From assembly GCA_026388335.1 (NCBI GenBank), contig JAPLJZ010000252.1, positions 4,862 through 68,861 of the forward strand: DNA of 64,000 bases, in the 5' to 3' direction. Made by a program: the position numbers and the translations under genes. Shown piece after piece: positions 55,355-64,000 of the stretch (position 1 is the first letter of the stretch; every line of letters starts with the position of its first letter). Below the pieces are notes generated by a model. It ran no database searches. It was not told where the DNA came from and saw only the letters and a list, made by a program, of their open reading frames with translations. Source of the DNA: Deltaproteobacteria bacterium (GTDB lineage Bacteria > Desulfobacterota > Syntrophia > Syntrophales > UBA8958).

Positions 55355-55524
55355 ACGTGCTTATGACACAAGCTCACACCACCCGTCCTTTCCACACAAA
55401 GGTATGGAACAAAGCACTTTACGCCTTCAGCTTCATTTACCGCAAACAGTTGTCCCTTGTCTATCAACTTGATTATACCTGTCCCTACCGCGAACGGGCC
55501 CGGCAACTTCCGCCCCCTTATACC

Positions 55525-55983
55525 ATGCGCTCCCCGGAAAAGCCGGCTGATCTCGATGCCCTGGTCGGCTTACTGAACTCTGACGGGGACTTCGGTCACT
55601 GGACAGCGGAAAGGATCGACCGGGATTACCTTCAGCAACTCATCAGACCCGATGCGGCCACCCTGCTCTTTCATGGAAAAGAACTGATCGGCAACTGCGG
55701 AACCATTGACGGCTCCTCCCGGAGACACAAGACCGGCCTCATCATGTGGATGATTATCCGCACCGCCCACCGGGGGAAGGGGTTGGCCAAATACCTCTGG
55801 TATCACACCCTTAATTTCTTTGTGGAGGAACATTATGAGAAAATCCTCCTGACGACGGACATGTCCCGGCTGCCGGCGATCCGATTTTACCTGTGCCGAC
55901 AGCTCTTACCGGGCCACGAATCCCTTTACAGTCATATCCAGTGGCGGCTCACTATGAAAAGACTTGGCAATTTCTCATGTTAA
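55525..55983 (+). CDS. GNAT-family N-acetyltransferase
   Basis: Acetyl-CoA motif A RTAHRGKGLAKYL. The start is uncertain: the track ORF begins at 55357, and an ATG at 55363 would be nearly leaderless relative to the candidate promoter. Confidence 0.7.
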   Translation: MRSPEKPADLDALVGLLNSDGDFGHWTAERIDRDYLQQLIRPDAATLLFHGKELIGNCGTIDGSSRRHKTGLIMWMIIRTAHRGKGLAKYLWYHTLNFFVEEHYEKILLTTDMSRLPAIRFYLCRQLLPGHESLYSHIQWRLTMKRLGNFSC

Positions 55984-56312
55984 GAGATCCTGTTGAAAAA
56001 GTATCCTGTGTCGGCTGCGGCTACTGCTGCATACGCAATACCTGCGCTTTTGGTGTGGCCCTGCATCCTCACGACCGGGACAAGAACTGCCCAGAGCTGG
56101 AATGGACGGGGATAAGGTATGTCTGCAAACTCATGGGAGCGCATCCCTTAGCCGATTTTTACCGGCAGGAACTTCAGTCCGGCGGCGGTTGCCGGTCTTT
56201 CAATAATCCATGGCGGCTAAATGTCCGTCCCAGGACAGATGAGGATGCCCAGGCCATCGTCTCGGGAACCCCCTGGCCCGCACCGGACGATGATAACCGG
56301 GGAGGTTTGTAA
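55977..56312 (+). CDS. YkgJ-type CxxCxxCC cysteine-cluster protein
   Basis: CVGCGYCC matches the CxxCxxCC family motif. The ATGTTAA overlap with the GNAT stop implies coupling. Confidence 0.55.
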   Translation: MLRDPVEKVSCVGCGYCCIRNTCAFGVALHPHDRDKNCPELEWTGIRYVCKLMGAHPLADFYRQELQSGGGCRSFNNPWRLNVRPRTDEDAQAIVSGTPWPAPDDDNRGGL

Positions 56313-56371
56313 GCAGTTCTGACAGGGGTTCGCAGCAGTGAATCAACTTTTTTCGCAAGGCCGTTCACCTT

Positions 56372-57991
56372 TCACTTTTTGCTGTTCACGATCTCTTCCC
56401 GCAGTGCCAATGCCGCCTCCCTGACCTCGGGAACGGTTGTCTCCGTCAAACATCGCTCCACAGCCACAAGGGCTTCTCCAACTTGCCCCATCCGCTCAAG
56501 AGTCCGCGCCTGCACAAGGTAAGCCGCGGCGTGATGAGGATCGATCTTCAGGGCCTTCCCCGCAAAATCCAGGGCCGCATCTACCTGACCAAGGTTGAGG
56601 CAGACCTCCGACAAATCTGCATAGAAATCCGGGGCAGGTGCAACCCGCCCCATAATTTCATGGGCCTCCAACAGGGCGTCGGCGTTTTTTCCTGCTTCCT
56701 TGAGCATCCGGAAGAGATTCATACGGGCACTCAGATAGTCAGGGTTCAGCAATACTGCGGTTCTAAATGCTTTTTCCGCTGCGGTATACTGTCTCAGCCG
56801 GATATTGAGCAGTCCGAGACTATGATAAAGATCCGGATAATCGGGGTGTTGCGCCACATAATCCTGAATATAGGAGAGGATAGGCTCGCACAGGGCACAG
56901 TCATCTTCGTGAAGGGTGGCAATGGTCGCAATCATGTCCCCTATATCCGGGGCGATATTCAGGGGACGTTTGACCTCTCGCTTCAGCAGTTCAAGAACGG
57001 TCTCCACCCTGAAAAAGGGACCGAGACCGTTTAAGGGTTTTGGATGCTGCGGCGGCAGGTGATAAGCCGCTTCTAAAGAAGCAATGGCTTCATCCAGGTG
57101 TGGGACATGGTGATCCATTTCCTTTATTTTACGAAACATATCGATGGCCTGCGGCAGATCGTTCATCTCGACAAGCGTCAGGGCCAGGCTGATTCCCGCC
57201 TCCTTCTGATCGGGGGCAAGAGACAGGACGTACTGGAAAGCGGCGGCGGCGCCCTGTAAATCGTGTTGTTCGAAAAGGATGGCCCCCCGGGCATAATGAA
57301 CGGCAGGATCGCGGGGGTGCTGTTCCTCAACCATGGAGATAAGCTGGTTGGCTTCGTCATAATGTCCAAAATTGGCCTTCAGGAGGGCAAGTTTGACGGC
57401 GGCATCATGATATTTCGGGTTCAGGGCGAGGGCCCGGGACAGGGCGTCATGGGCCTCATGGGTCCTGTCCATCCCGATCAGGGCAAGGCCCAGGCGATAA
57501 TGAACGTCCGGATAGCTGGGGTAGTCCCGGATGATCTCGTTATGATGCTGCACCGCCTTGTCCCAGAGCTGGAGGTTATAAAAGACAATGCCCTGATTTA
57601 TCCGGGCAGCCAACCGATTATGGTCTATCGTCAGGAGGAACTGAAACGCCTCGACGGCCCCCTCATGGTCCCGCATATTGTTACGGCAGATACCGATGAG
57701 CTGGTATAGGTCAATATGGCCCGGCTGCAAATCGAGGGCCTTCTGAAAATAATTGCAGGCCTGGGGGAAAAGGCCCATCAAAAAATCACGAAACCCGATA
57801 TCGTGGTAAGATTGGCTACAGTACACAGCGCTCAGATTATAATAGACGTCAGAGGAAGCGCCCTTCTGCGCAAGGATCTCCTCGAAGGCCTTTACCGCCT
57901 CGTTGTAACGTCGCTGATTGTAGAACTCCATAGCCTCTTCAAAGGCCTTGCGTGTATCGGACTGCCACAGCTTCTTGAAAAACCCGGTCAT
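56372..57991 (-). CDS. Tetratricopeptide-repeat protein
   Basis: Many 34-aa TPR units (A..Y..AL.L.P). I prefer the start at MTGFFKK (57991), just after the upstream gene's stop. Confidence 0.8.
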   Translation of the reverse strand: MTGFFKKLWQSDTRKAFEEAMEFYNQRRYNEAVKAFEEILAQKGASSDVYYNLSAVYCSQSYHDIGFRDFLMGLFPQACNYFQKALDLQPGHIDLYQLIGICRNNMRDHEGAVEAFQFLLTIDHNRLAARINQGIVFYNLQLWDKAVQHHNEIIRDYPSYPDVHYRLGLALIGMDRTHEAHDALSRALALNPKYHDAAVKLALLKANFGHYDEANQLISMVEEQHPRDPAVHYARGAILFEQHDLQGAAAAFQYVLSLAPDQKEAGISLALTLVEMNDLPQAIDMFRKIKEMDHHVPHLDEAIASLEAAYHLPPQHPKPLNGLGPFFRVETVLELLKREVKRPLNIAPDIGDMIATIATLHEDDCALCEPILSYIQDYVAQHPDYPDLYHSLGLLNIRLRQYTAAEKAFRTAVLLNPDYLSARMNLFRMLKEAGKNADALLEAHEIMGRVAPAPDFYADLSEVCLNLGQVDAALDFAGKALKIDPHHAAAYLVQARTLERMGQVGEALVAVERCLTETTVPEVREAALALREEIVNSKK

Positions 57992-58017
57992 GTCATCACC
58001 TCTTCTTCCGGAAACGG

Positions 58018-59478
58018 CTACTCCGCTCCCTTTCTCGAAAAAACCGCAAAGGCCGTTTTGAACAATATTTTCAGGTCTAAAATAAGGGACCAATTATCAA
58101 TATACTGGCGATCGAGACGCATCCACTCATTGAACTTGATCTCATTTCTACCGCTGATCTGCCAGAGACATGTTATCCCGGGCTTTACGGACAAACGCTT
58201 TTTCTGCCAGAGGCCATACTGGACAACCTCACTGGGAACCGGGGGTCTTGGACCCACCAGGCTCATGTCTCCGACAAAGACATTGAACAGTTGAGGAAGC
58301 TCATCAATGCTGGTCTTGCGGACAAAACGGCCCATTTTTGTTATTCTCGGGTCCGCTTTGATCTTGAAAACAGGCCCGTCCATTTCATTGAGTTGAGCGA
58401 GGGACGCCTTCAGTCGTTCCGCATCCTGAACCATGGAACGGAACTTGAACATCTTGAAACGACGCCCGTTTTTCCCTACCCGCTCTTGGGCAAAAAGGGC
58501 CGGTCCGGGGGAATCCATCCTGATCATTACAGGAATGATGAGCCAGAGGGGAAGCAAAAAAATGATGAGGGCCGCCGACGACGCCAGATCCAGGAGGCGC
58601 TTGACTAAGAGCTTAAAGGGGGCAGGATTGACGAACTTATAGACGAGCAAGGTCGTCTGATCATATCTTTCCACAAAAGGGGCGCTCGCCTTCCCCGTCA
58701 TGAGGGACGAATTCATGGTAAAATCAACGCCCGCCAGACTGCACAGCGCCGCGATCTGCCGCATGGCAGCTACCTCGCGAACGGTCTCCGATACGAGGAC
58801 GCTGTCCACAACGGTAGTTGTCATCACCTTTGGCAGGTCGTCGATGACGCCGAGCACAGGGAGCCCCTCGATGGTCTTCCCCACCTCCTCCGGCACATTG
58901 GTCAAAAAGCCGACGACGCTAATCGGCCATTCCCGGTGAGAGGAGAAAGTCATGGCCGTCTGAACAGCCCTCCTGCCCGTACCGATAATGAGCAGATGGT
59001 TCAGGATGTCCGGATCTCTGGAGAGCATTTTTAAATAGGCGGTGAAAATAAGGCGATTGCACACAAACAGCACCCAGGTCACGAAAACGGCCATGACGAT
59101 CATGGTGAGCTTTTCCAGATAGGGGGCATTGAAGACAAAAAATACGGACAGAAGGGCGCTGCTGATCAAAAAAAGTATCGCTGTTTCCTTCAAGATCTCC
59201 CTGAGGGTGTAAATCTTCGTCAGGCGGTAGCTTTCACTGAACTTCAGGGCAACAAGGGGGAAGAGGAGCATGGGCAAAAGAAAGTCGCTATACTGGGACC
59301 AGTGAAACAGTAATATCTCCTTTAGCGGCGTGGTGGAAAACCAGGGCAGGATATCCTGTCGAACCAGGGCAACGACATAGCCGGAAAGGGGTGCGGCGAT
59401 GACGTAAGCCAGGAGAATGGAAATATAGTCAAAGGTGAGAATGACGTAGGAATAGTACCGCTCTTCTTCTTTGATCAT
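58018..59478 (-). CDS. Polyprenyl-phosphate glycosyl-1-phosphate transferase (WbaP/EpsB-type initiating sugar transferase)
   Basis: N-terminal TM helices and the C-terminal bacterial sugar transferase domain (KRLLDL..., FKFRSM, DELPQLFNV, GDMSLVGPRP). Confidence 0.85.
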   Translation of the reverse strand: MIKEEERYYSYVILTFDYISILLAYVIAAPLSGYVVALVRQDILPWFSTTPLKEILLFHWSQYSDFLLPMLLFPLVALKFSESYRLTKIYTLREILKETAILFLISSALLSVFFVFNAPYLEKLTMIVMAVFVTWVLFVCNRLIFTAYLKMLSRDPDILNHLLIIGTGRRAVQTAMTFSSHREWPISVVGFLTNVPEEVGKTIEGLPVLGVIDDLPKVMTTTVVDSVLVSETVREVAAMRQIAALCSLAGVDFTMNSSLMTGKASAPFVERYDQTTLLVYKFVNPAPFKLLVKRLLDLASSAALIIFLLPLWLIIPVMIRMDSPGPALFAQERVGKNGRRFKMFKFRSMVQDAERLKASLAQLNEMDGPVFKIKADPRITKMGRFVRKTSIDELPQLFNVFVGDMSLVGPRPPVPSEVVQYGLWQKKRLSVKPGITCLWQISGRNEIKFNEWMRLDRQYIDNWSLILDLKILFKTAFAVFSRKGAE

Positions 59479-59494
59479 TTTAACATCGCCCCCA

Positions 59495-59516
59495 TTCCCA
59501 CGCTCCCGCGTGGGAA
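59495..59516. other. Intercistronic hairpin (9-bp stem, 4-nt loop)
   Basis: TTCCCACGC tccc GCGTGGGAA lies between the glycosyltransferase stop and the sugar-transferase start. No U-run follows on the transcribed strand. Confidence 0.5.
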
Positions 59517-59529
59517 CGATAACCGTTTG

Positions 59530-60630
59530 TTACGTGAGACTTTGAAAATATTCAGCATAACGAGTGGATACGGCCTCCCAGTTATACTCTTTATTAACCC
59601 GGCCCAAGGCAGCTTGACCTGCTTTCTTGACTTCACTTACATCATTTACCAATTTGCCCAGTGTTGCCGCAAGATTACCCTCTTCCTTTGTAAAAACAAA
59701 ACCATGCGGTCCAACAACATAGCGATTATAATCGACATCCATAACGAGCGGGGCAGTTCCAAATCCCATGGCCCGGAGCAGGGAAGGATTCGTTCCTCCT
59801 ACTTCGTGACCGTGAACGTAGAGATAGGCGCCTTTATATAGGGCATTGAGTTTAGCCTGATCGCTGAACTGACCGGCAAAAAGCACTTTCTCATTAGCCA
59901 GGGAGCGTAGGTAGTCCATATAGTCTTCGCCATATGGAGCCCCCCCCACAATGACAAGAGGCATCTCCACATTAGCGGCGACATATTCCCTGATAATTAT
60001 ATCGACATTATTTTCGGGCTCTAATCTCGCCACCGCCAAGAGGTATGAACCCGGAGCAAGGACAAGTTCATTGTAGATGGTCTCATCAACTCCATAGGGA
60101 CTCGATGCCCCGTAAGCGATTTGCATGGAATCGGCATGATAGTTTTGCAAGTAATAATCTGCCATCCCTTGATTATCAGTGATGATATTTTTCACCATCC
60201 GTGCCGATACCCACTCAACCCACCGGTAATATCGCCTGGCAAGATAGCCCCACTTTCTTCGCTTCCAGCCTAAACCGTCTGTATGTATGACAACGATTTG
60301 ATTCAGCAACTTAAGCATAACTGCAATCGGTGCATTTCCGGGATCTACAATAAAAATAAGGTCATAATTCCTGCTCAAGGCATGAAGTGAACAGAGAAAG
60401 GTGTGGATAAGGCTCTCCAAGCCCTTTATCCTCGGTGCGGATATATAAACACATTCTACGCCGGAGAAATACCTCGGCCTCTCAACGTAGTAGTCCGTCC
60501 GGCAATAGACCGTTACTTTCATCGCGTGATCGCGAACAAGTCGGACGGAAAGTTCCTCTACGAGCGTATCGAACCCCCCATATGTCGCCGGAATACCCCT
60601 CGCCCCGATTATGGCTACGTTCAATTGCAT
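59530..60630 (-). CDS. Glycosyltransferase family 4 with DUF1972-type N-terminus
   Basis: VAIIGARGIPATYGGFDTLVEEL N-terminus and HGHEVGGTNPSLLRAMG. I prefer the start at MQLNVAI. Confidence 0.8.
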   Translation of the reverse strand: MQLNVAIIGARGIPATYGGFDTLVEELSVRLVRDHAMKVTVYCRTDYYVERPRYFSGVECVYISAPRIKGLESLIHTFLCSLHALSRNYDLIFIVDPGNAPIAVMLKLLNQIVVIHTDGLGWKRRKWGYLARRYYRWVEWVSARMVKNIITDNQGMADYYLQNYHADSMQIAYGASSPYGVDETIYNELVLAPGSYLLAVARLEPENNVDIIIREYVAANVEMPLVIVGGAPYGEDYMDYLRSLANEKVLFAGQFSDQAKLNALYKGAYLYVHGHEVGGTNPSLLRAMGFGTAPLVMDVDYNRYVVGPHGFVFTKEEGNLAATLGKLVNDVSEVKKAGQAALGRVNKEYNWEAVSTRYAEYFQSLT

Positions 60631-60669
60631 GAGGCTATTTAGATTCCCCCTTTTATAAAACATTCAGGC

Positions 60670-61206
60670 ATGGTAGAGTTCTTGTCAATGATCTTCTTTT
60701 TTCATCATACCATCTTACATAATTTCTTCCGGAAGCCGAAGCGGGCGCTCTTTTTGCTCGTACTGGTCATGAGCTTTTTTATGTCCGGATGGATTCCCTC
60801 CGGAGAAACCGCAGAAAGAGCTAAAACCGGGGGCAGCACCCAGACGCCAGCGGAAAAACCCTTAACCATCAAGGAGATTTCCTTCAATATAGAAGAGGCC
60901 AAAGAAGACCTCCTGTTAACCATGAACCGTTTCTACATACCGGAAATATCCAGAATCGAAGGTGATAATCCCCGCGTGGTGCTGGACCTCCATCCCGTAG
61001 TTCTTTTCCTGCAAAAAGATTATTCAAAAATCGCTGTCAATGGTCAATACATCAAGCAGATGCGATCCTATCATGACCGGAAAGCAAAGAAACTTCGTAT
61101 TGTTCTCGACATGAATGGATCATTGAATTATTTTGCCCAACCCTCCTTTATCAAGTCTAAAAACCTTTTCCTGCTGGAGATTACGGAGGCAGCGAGTAAA
61201 AAATAA
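60670..61206 (+). CDS. Putative AMIN-domain protein, exported
   Basis: Hydrophobic N-terminus. RVVLDLHPV and LRIVLDMNG strands resemble the AMIN domain. Start uncertain. Confidence 0.45.
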   Translation: MVEFLSMIFFFHHTILHNFFRKPKRALFLLVLVMSFFMSGWIPSGETAERAKTGGSTQTPAEKPLTIKEISFNIEEAKEDLLLTMNRFYIPEISRIEGDNPRVVLDLHPVVLFLQKDYSKIAVNGQYIKQMRSYHDRKAKKLRIVLDMNGSLNYFAQPSFIKSKNLFLLEITEAASKK

Positions 61207-61453
61207 GCGGCAATCGCGACGGATCTCTTGGAAATCATATTCTTCATCATCGAGGCGCGTCCTTGCTTTAAACTGGAGAAAAATATGATTATTTGTATCA
61301 CATTTAGCGTTCCCTCACAACTGTTTCTTCCTATTTCCGACGTGAATATGGGATATTACCCTTGATTGATCGTCAATGAAATGATATGAAAAATTGAGTT
61401 TATTTGGGGAAACCGCTAACCTGCATCAAGATGGGACGGATCTCTTGGAGGTC

Positions 61454-62539
61454 ATGAAAAGACATTCTTCAGCGCTACTTCTATTTCTTGTGTTTTTCCT
61501 TGTTATCGTCGTGCCGGGGTGTACACCTGTTCGCACCCATCAGCAGACGGTCGATGGCACAAAAAGCTATACCGATCAGGTAAGCGACATTGAAAAAACC
61601 AAGATACGGGCCAGCATCATTACCAGCCTCAATGAAGGCTTGAATAAATACCGTTTTTCTCCCGGAGATCAAATAGAGGTCATGTATCACATTTCCCTGG
61701 CTCCACAGGCCGAGGATTACTCCCTGGGTGTCAATGACGAGGTAAATGTCGAATTTTACTACCATCCCCAGATCAACCGGACTTTAGTCATTCGACCCGA
61801 CGGCAAGATCACCCTGCCCATCAAGGGGGATTTCATGGCCGCCGGCATGAAACCGGCGGTGCTGGCAAGCGTCATTGCCAAGTCCTATTCGGACATCCTG
61901 AGCGATCCACAGGTCACCGTCAACGTCAACAAGTTTTCCTCCCATATCACGGAATTACAGAAGGCCATCACCAATTCGCCGCGCGGACAGGCGCGGCTTT
62001 GTATCATTGCCCCGGACGGCAAGATCTACCCGCCGCTGTTGAAAGGCATCCAGGCGGCAGGCAGGACGGTGGACGAACTGAAAAATGATCTCGCCCGGGA
62101 ATACAAGCATGATTTCACCAATCTCCAGGTTTCTGTCCTCGTGGAGAGCATTGTGGGCAACCGGATCTTCGTATTCGGCGAGGTACAGCGGCCCGGCGCC
62201 ATCTCCATGTCCAAACCGATGACGGTCCTTCAGGCCATCGCCTTCTCCGGAAATATCCTGCCCACAGGCTCCCTGGAAAAAGTCAAGGTCCTCACGTGGA
62301 ATGAAAATAACCAGGCGACGGTCCGGACGATTAATCTTGAAAATGTCCTCCTGGGAGCGAAAACGGAAGAAGATTTCATACTTCCCAGCAATAGCGTCAT
62401 TTTCGTCCCCAAAACGGCCATCGCCAAAGCAGACGAGTTTGTCGACCAATATATCAGCAAGCTTCTCTTATGGCAGGGGTCGAACCTTTCCTTCCAGTAT
62501 GAAGTCCACAAAATACCCGTGGGTGTGTCACGATACTGA
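61454..62539 (+). CDS. Polysaccharide export protein (Wza/SLBB family lipoprotein)
   Basis: GGAGG before the ATG at 61454. Lipobox VPGC; FSPGDQIEV Poly_export motif and SLBB-like repeats. Confidence 0.85.
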   Translation: MKRHSSALLLFLVFFLVIVVPGCTPVRTHQQTVDGTKSYTDQVSDIEKTKIRASIITSLNEGLNKYRFSPGDQIEVMYHISLAPQAEDYSLGVNDEVNVEFYYHPQINRTLVIRPDGKITLPIKGDFMAAGMKPAVLASVIAKSYSDILSDPQVTVNVNKFSSHITELQKAITNSPRGQARLCIIAPDGKIYPPLLKGIQAAGRTVDELKNDLAREYKHDFTNLQVSVLVESIVGNRIFVFGEVQRPGAISMSKPMTVLQAIAFSGNILPTGSLEKVKVLTWNENNQATVRTINLENVLLGAKTEEDFILPSNSVIFVPKTAIAKADEFVDQYISKLLLWQGSNLSFQYEVHKIPVGVSRY

Positions 62540-62572
62540 TGCAGTGTTTTGTATTTAACGGGAGCCATTGGC

Positions 62573-64000
62573 ATGGAAACTAAGAGAACCTTTTCCCTCC
62601 GGGATGTCTTCTACATCCTCTTTAAGAACAAGGTCCTGATCCTGTCCGTGTTTCTCACCTCCCTGATCATATCCTCCTGCTATTGCCTTTTCGTTTCTCC
62701 CCTCTATCGCGCGGAAGCCAAGATTATCGTCAAACTCGGCAAGGCCCAGTTCTCGGGGATGGAGCAGTACCGCCCCGAAAATTACAACATCCTCTTTCAG
62801 GAACGGTCCGCCAACATCAATAATGAAATCGAACTGATCAGGGGGCAGTACCTGACTCAGAAGGTAGTAGAAAGGATGAGGGGTCACATCGAAGAGATAA
62901 AGAAAAGGGGAATGGCCGGCGATGAAAAGGGATATATCAACGCCTTCAGCAAGGCCTTAAAGGTGACCTACATCGAAGACACCGACATGATGAAGCTTTC
63001 CTTTCGCTGGACAGATCCGCTCTTTGCCGCCCTCGCTGCCAATACCTATGTCGATGAATATATCAATCAGCATACGAAGGTTAATGAATCCAAGCAGACC
63101 TATCAATTTTATCTCGAGCAGTTAGAGCTGTATGACAAGCTGCTGAAACAGGCGGAAGATGAACTTCAGACCTTCCTGAACCAGACCAACATCTCCAATC
63201 TTGCCCTGCAAAAGGATTTACTCTTGAGACGTATTGCGGAGCTGGAAGCAGACCATGTATCCAATCGCGTCATTGTCGAACAGGGGGTTACAAAACTCAA
63301 CAGCGTGAAAAAAATGGCTGCCAACCTCGACGGCTGGATCGAAACGCCGGATCTCGGATCTCCCAACGCCGACAAGCTTGCCTATTTAGCCGCCCTTGAC
63401 CAGTCTTATTTCCGTCTTAAGGTTGAAAGAGACCGACTTTTGAAAACCTACACCCCCAAAGCTACGGAAGTGCGAAGCATTGACCGTCAGCTCAGCGGCC
63501 TCCGTAAACAGAAGACAGACAGTCTCCTGAACATCATCCATACGGAAGTATCCATCTCCGAGGCAAAAAAGAACAGTCTTTACAAGGAGTTGACGACACA
63601 GAAAAAGCAGCTCGAAGAAATTAACGGCCTGACGATGCGACTGAAACAATTGGAACGGCAGCGGGAAATCGTCGAAGTGAATTATCAGCTCTACAAGAAA
63701 AAAGCGGAAGATCTGCGCATTTCCGATGACCTGGATACCAGGAAGATCTCCAGCGTGAAGATCGTGAGTCCTGCGATTACGCCGATGGCCCCCTACTTCC
63801 CGGATTCCGCCCTGATTATCGGCCTCTCTTCACTGCTGGGCCTCTTTTTTGCTTTTACCCTTTCCGCTGTCCGGGAATTCTTCAATCACACTTTCAAGGA
63901 AGATAGCGACGTCCAAAACTATCTCGATGTCCCCTTGCTCATGACCATCCCCCTACTGGACATAGATGAGACGGGGTCAGAAGAAAAAGACGCTTCCCAC
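62573..64000 (+). CDS. Polysaccharide chain-length determinant (Wzz/GumC/EpsF-like), 3' end outside window
   Basis: This ORF is not in the track because it has no stop in the window; I translated it by hand and found no stop across 476 codons. It has an N-terminal TM helix (VLILSVFLTSLII), a long coiled-coil region and a second TM helix near 63800. Confidence 0.8.
   Translation, partial: METKRTFSLRDVFYILFKNKVLILSVFLTSLIISSCYCLFVSPLYRAEAKIIVKLGKAQFSGMEQYRPENYNILFQERSANINNEIELIRGQYLTQKVVERMRGHIEEIKKRGMAGDEKGYINAFSKALKVTYIEDTDMMKLSFRWTDPLFAALAANTYVDEYINQHTKVNESKQTYQFYLEQLELYDKLLKQAEDELQTFLNQTNISNLALQKDLLLRRIAELEADHVSNRVIVEQGVTKLNSVKKMAANLDGWIETPDLGSPNADKLAYLAALDQSYFRLKVERDRLLKTYTPKATEVRSIDRQLSGLRKQKTDSLLNIIHTEVSISEAKKNSLYKELTTQKKQLEEINGLTMRLKQLERQREIVEVNYQLYKKKAEDLRISDDLDTRKISSVKIVSPAITPMAPYFPDSALIIGLSSLLGLFFAFTLSAVREFFNHTFKEDSDVQNYLDVPLLMTIPLLDIDETGSEEKDASH

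Noticed and set aside
1-64000. CRISPR arrays, rRNA/tRNA genes, transposases, integrases and prophage structural genes
   Set aside because: None was seen while reading both strands. There are no regularly spaced direct repeats, and no ORF has DDE/tyrosine-recombinase or capsid/terminase-like features. A tRNAscan/Infernal run would be needed to exclude small RNAs formally.

Overview
This is a gene-dense 64-kb chromosomal segment with about 65 protein genes. I found no rRNA, tRNA, CRISPR array, transposase or integrase. The background is fairly GC-rich; my hand counts of single 60-nt lines gave roughly 55-67 % GC. The gene content suggests an anaerobic, syntroph-like Deltaproteobacterium/Thermodesulfobacteriota, but that is inference only. 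It includes EtfAB + acyl-CoA dehydrogenase + FixCX, PaaK + ACT, cytochrome bd, a Cam-type carbonic anhydrase, a B12-radical-SAM protein and the cysteine desulfidase pair CyuA/CyuP. Core genes are coaX-coaE, a D-Ala-D-Ala carboxypeptidase, mobA, a PduO-type adenosyltransferase, an MTAP-like phosphorylase, trxA-bamD, cydAB, glgP and an S9 peptidase. Accessory or unusual parts: (1) A lower-GC island (about 21.8-25.4 kb) carries an FRG-domain protein and a complete queC-queE-queD-queF set. (2) A second lower-GC island (28.8-32.6 kb) carries a BamHI-like type II restriction enzyme, a controller protein and two DNA methyltransferases of different architecture, followed by 680 bp of AT-rich non-coding DNA. 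(3) Two copies of a roughly 120-130 nt non-coding element (core 21909-21936 and 35394-35421) bracket both islands. (4) There are two paralogous MoxR-AAA+/VWA pairs. One follows the que island. The other sits in a marR / acyl-CoA dehydrogenase operon that ends in a Cys-rich 54-codon ORF missing from the supplied track. (5) A tightly coupled minus-strand operon (methyltransferase, Ddl-like ATP-grasp ligase, methyltransferase, YdjC-type deacetylase, GT4 glycosyltransferase, exported FGE-like protein) faces a GNAT. Its enzyme logic resembles mycothiol/bacillithiol synthesis built from non-orthologous parts. (6) A 54-nt G/C-run palindrome lies in frame inside the deacetylase gene. (7) A TyrDC-like PLP decarboxylase carries a Sec-type signal peptide. 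(8) glgP is fused into an operon with a sigma-less RsbU/V/W-type partner-switching module. (9) The 3' end holds the start of an exopolysaccharide locus. All functional calls rest on motif recognition by eye; none was checked by database search.
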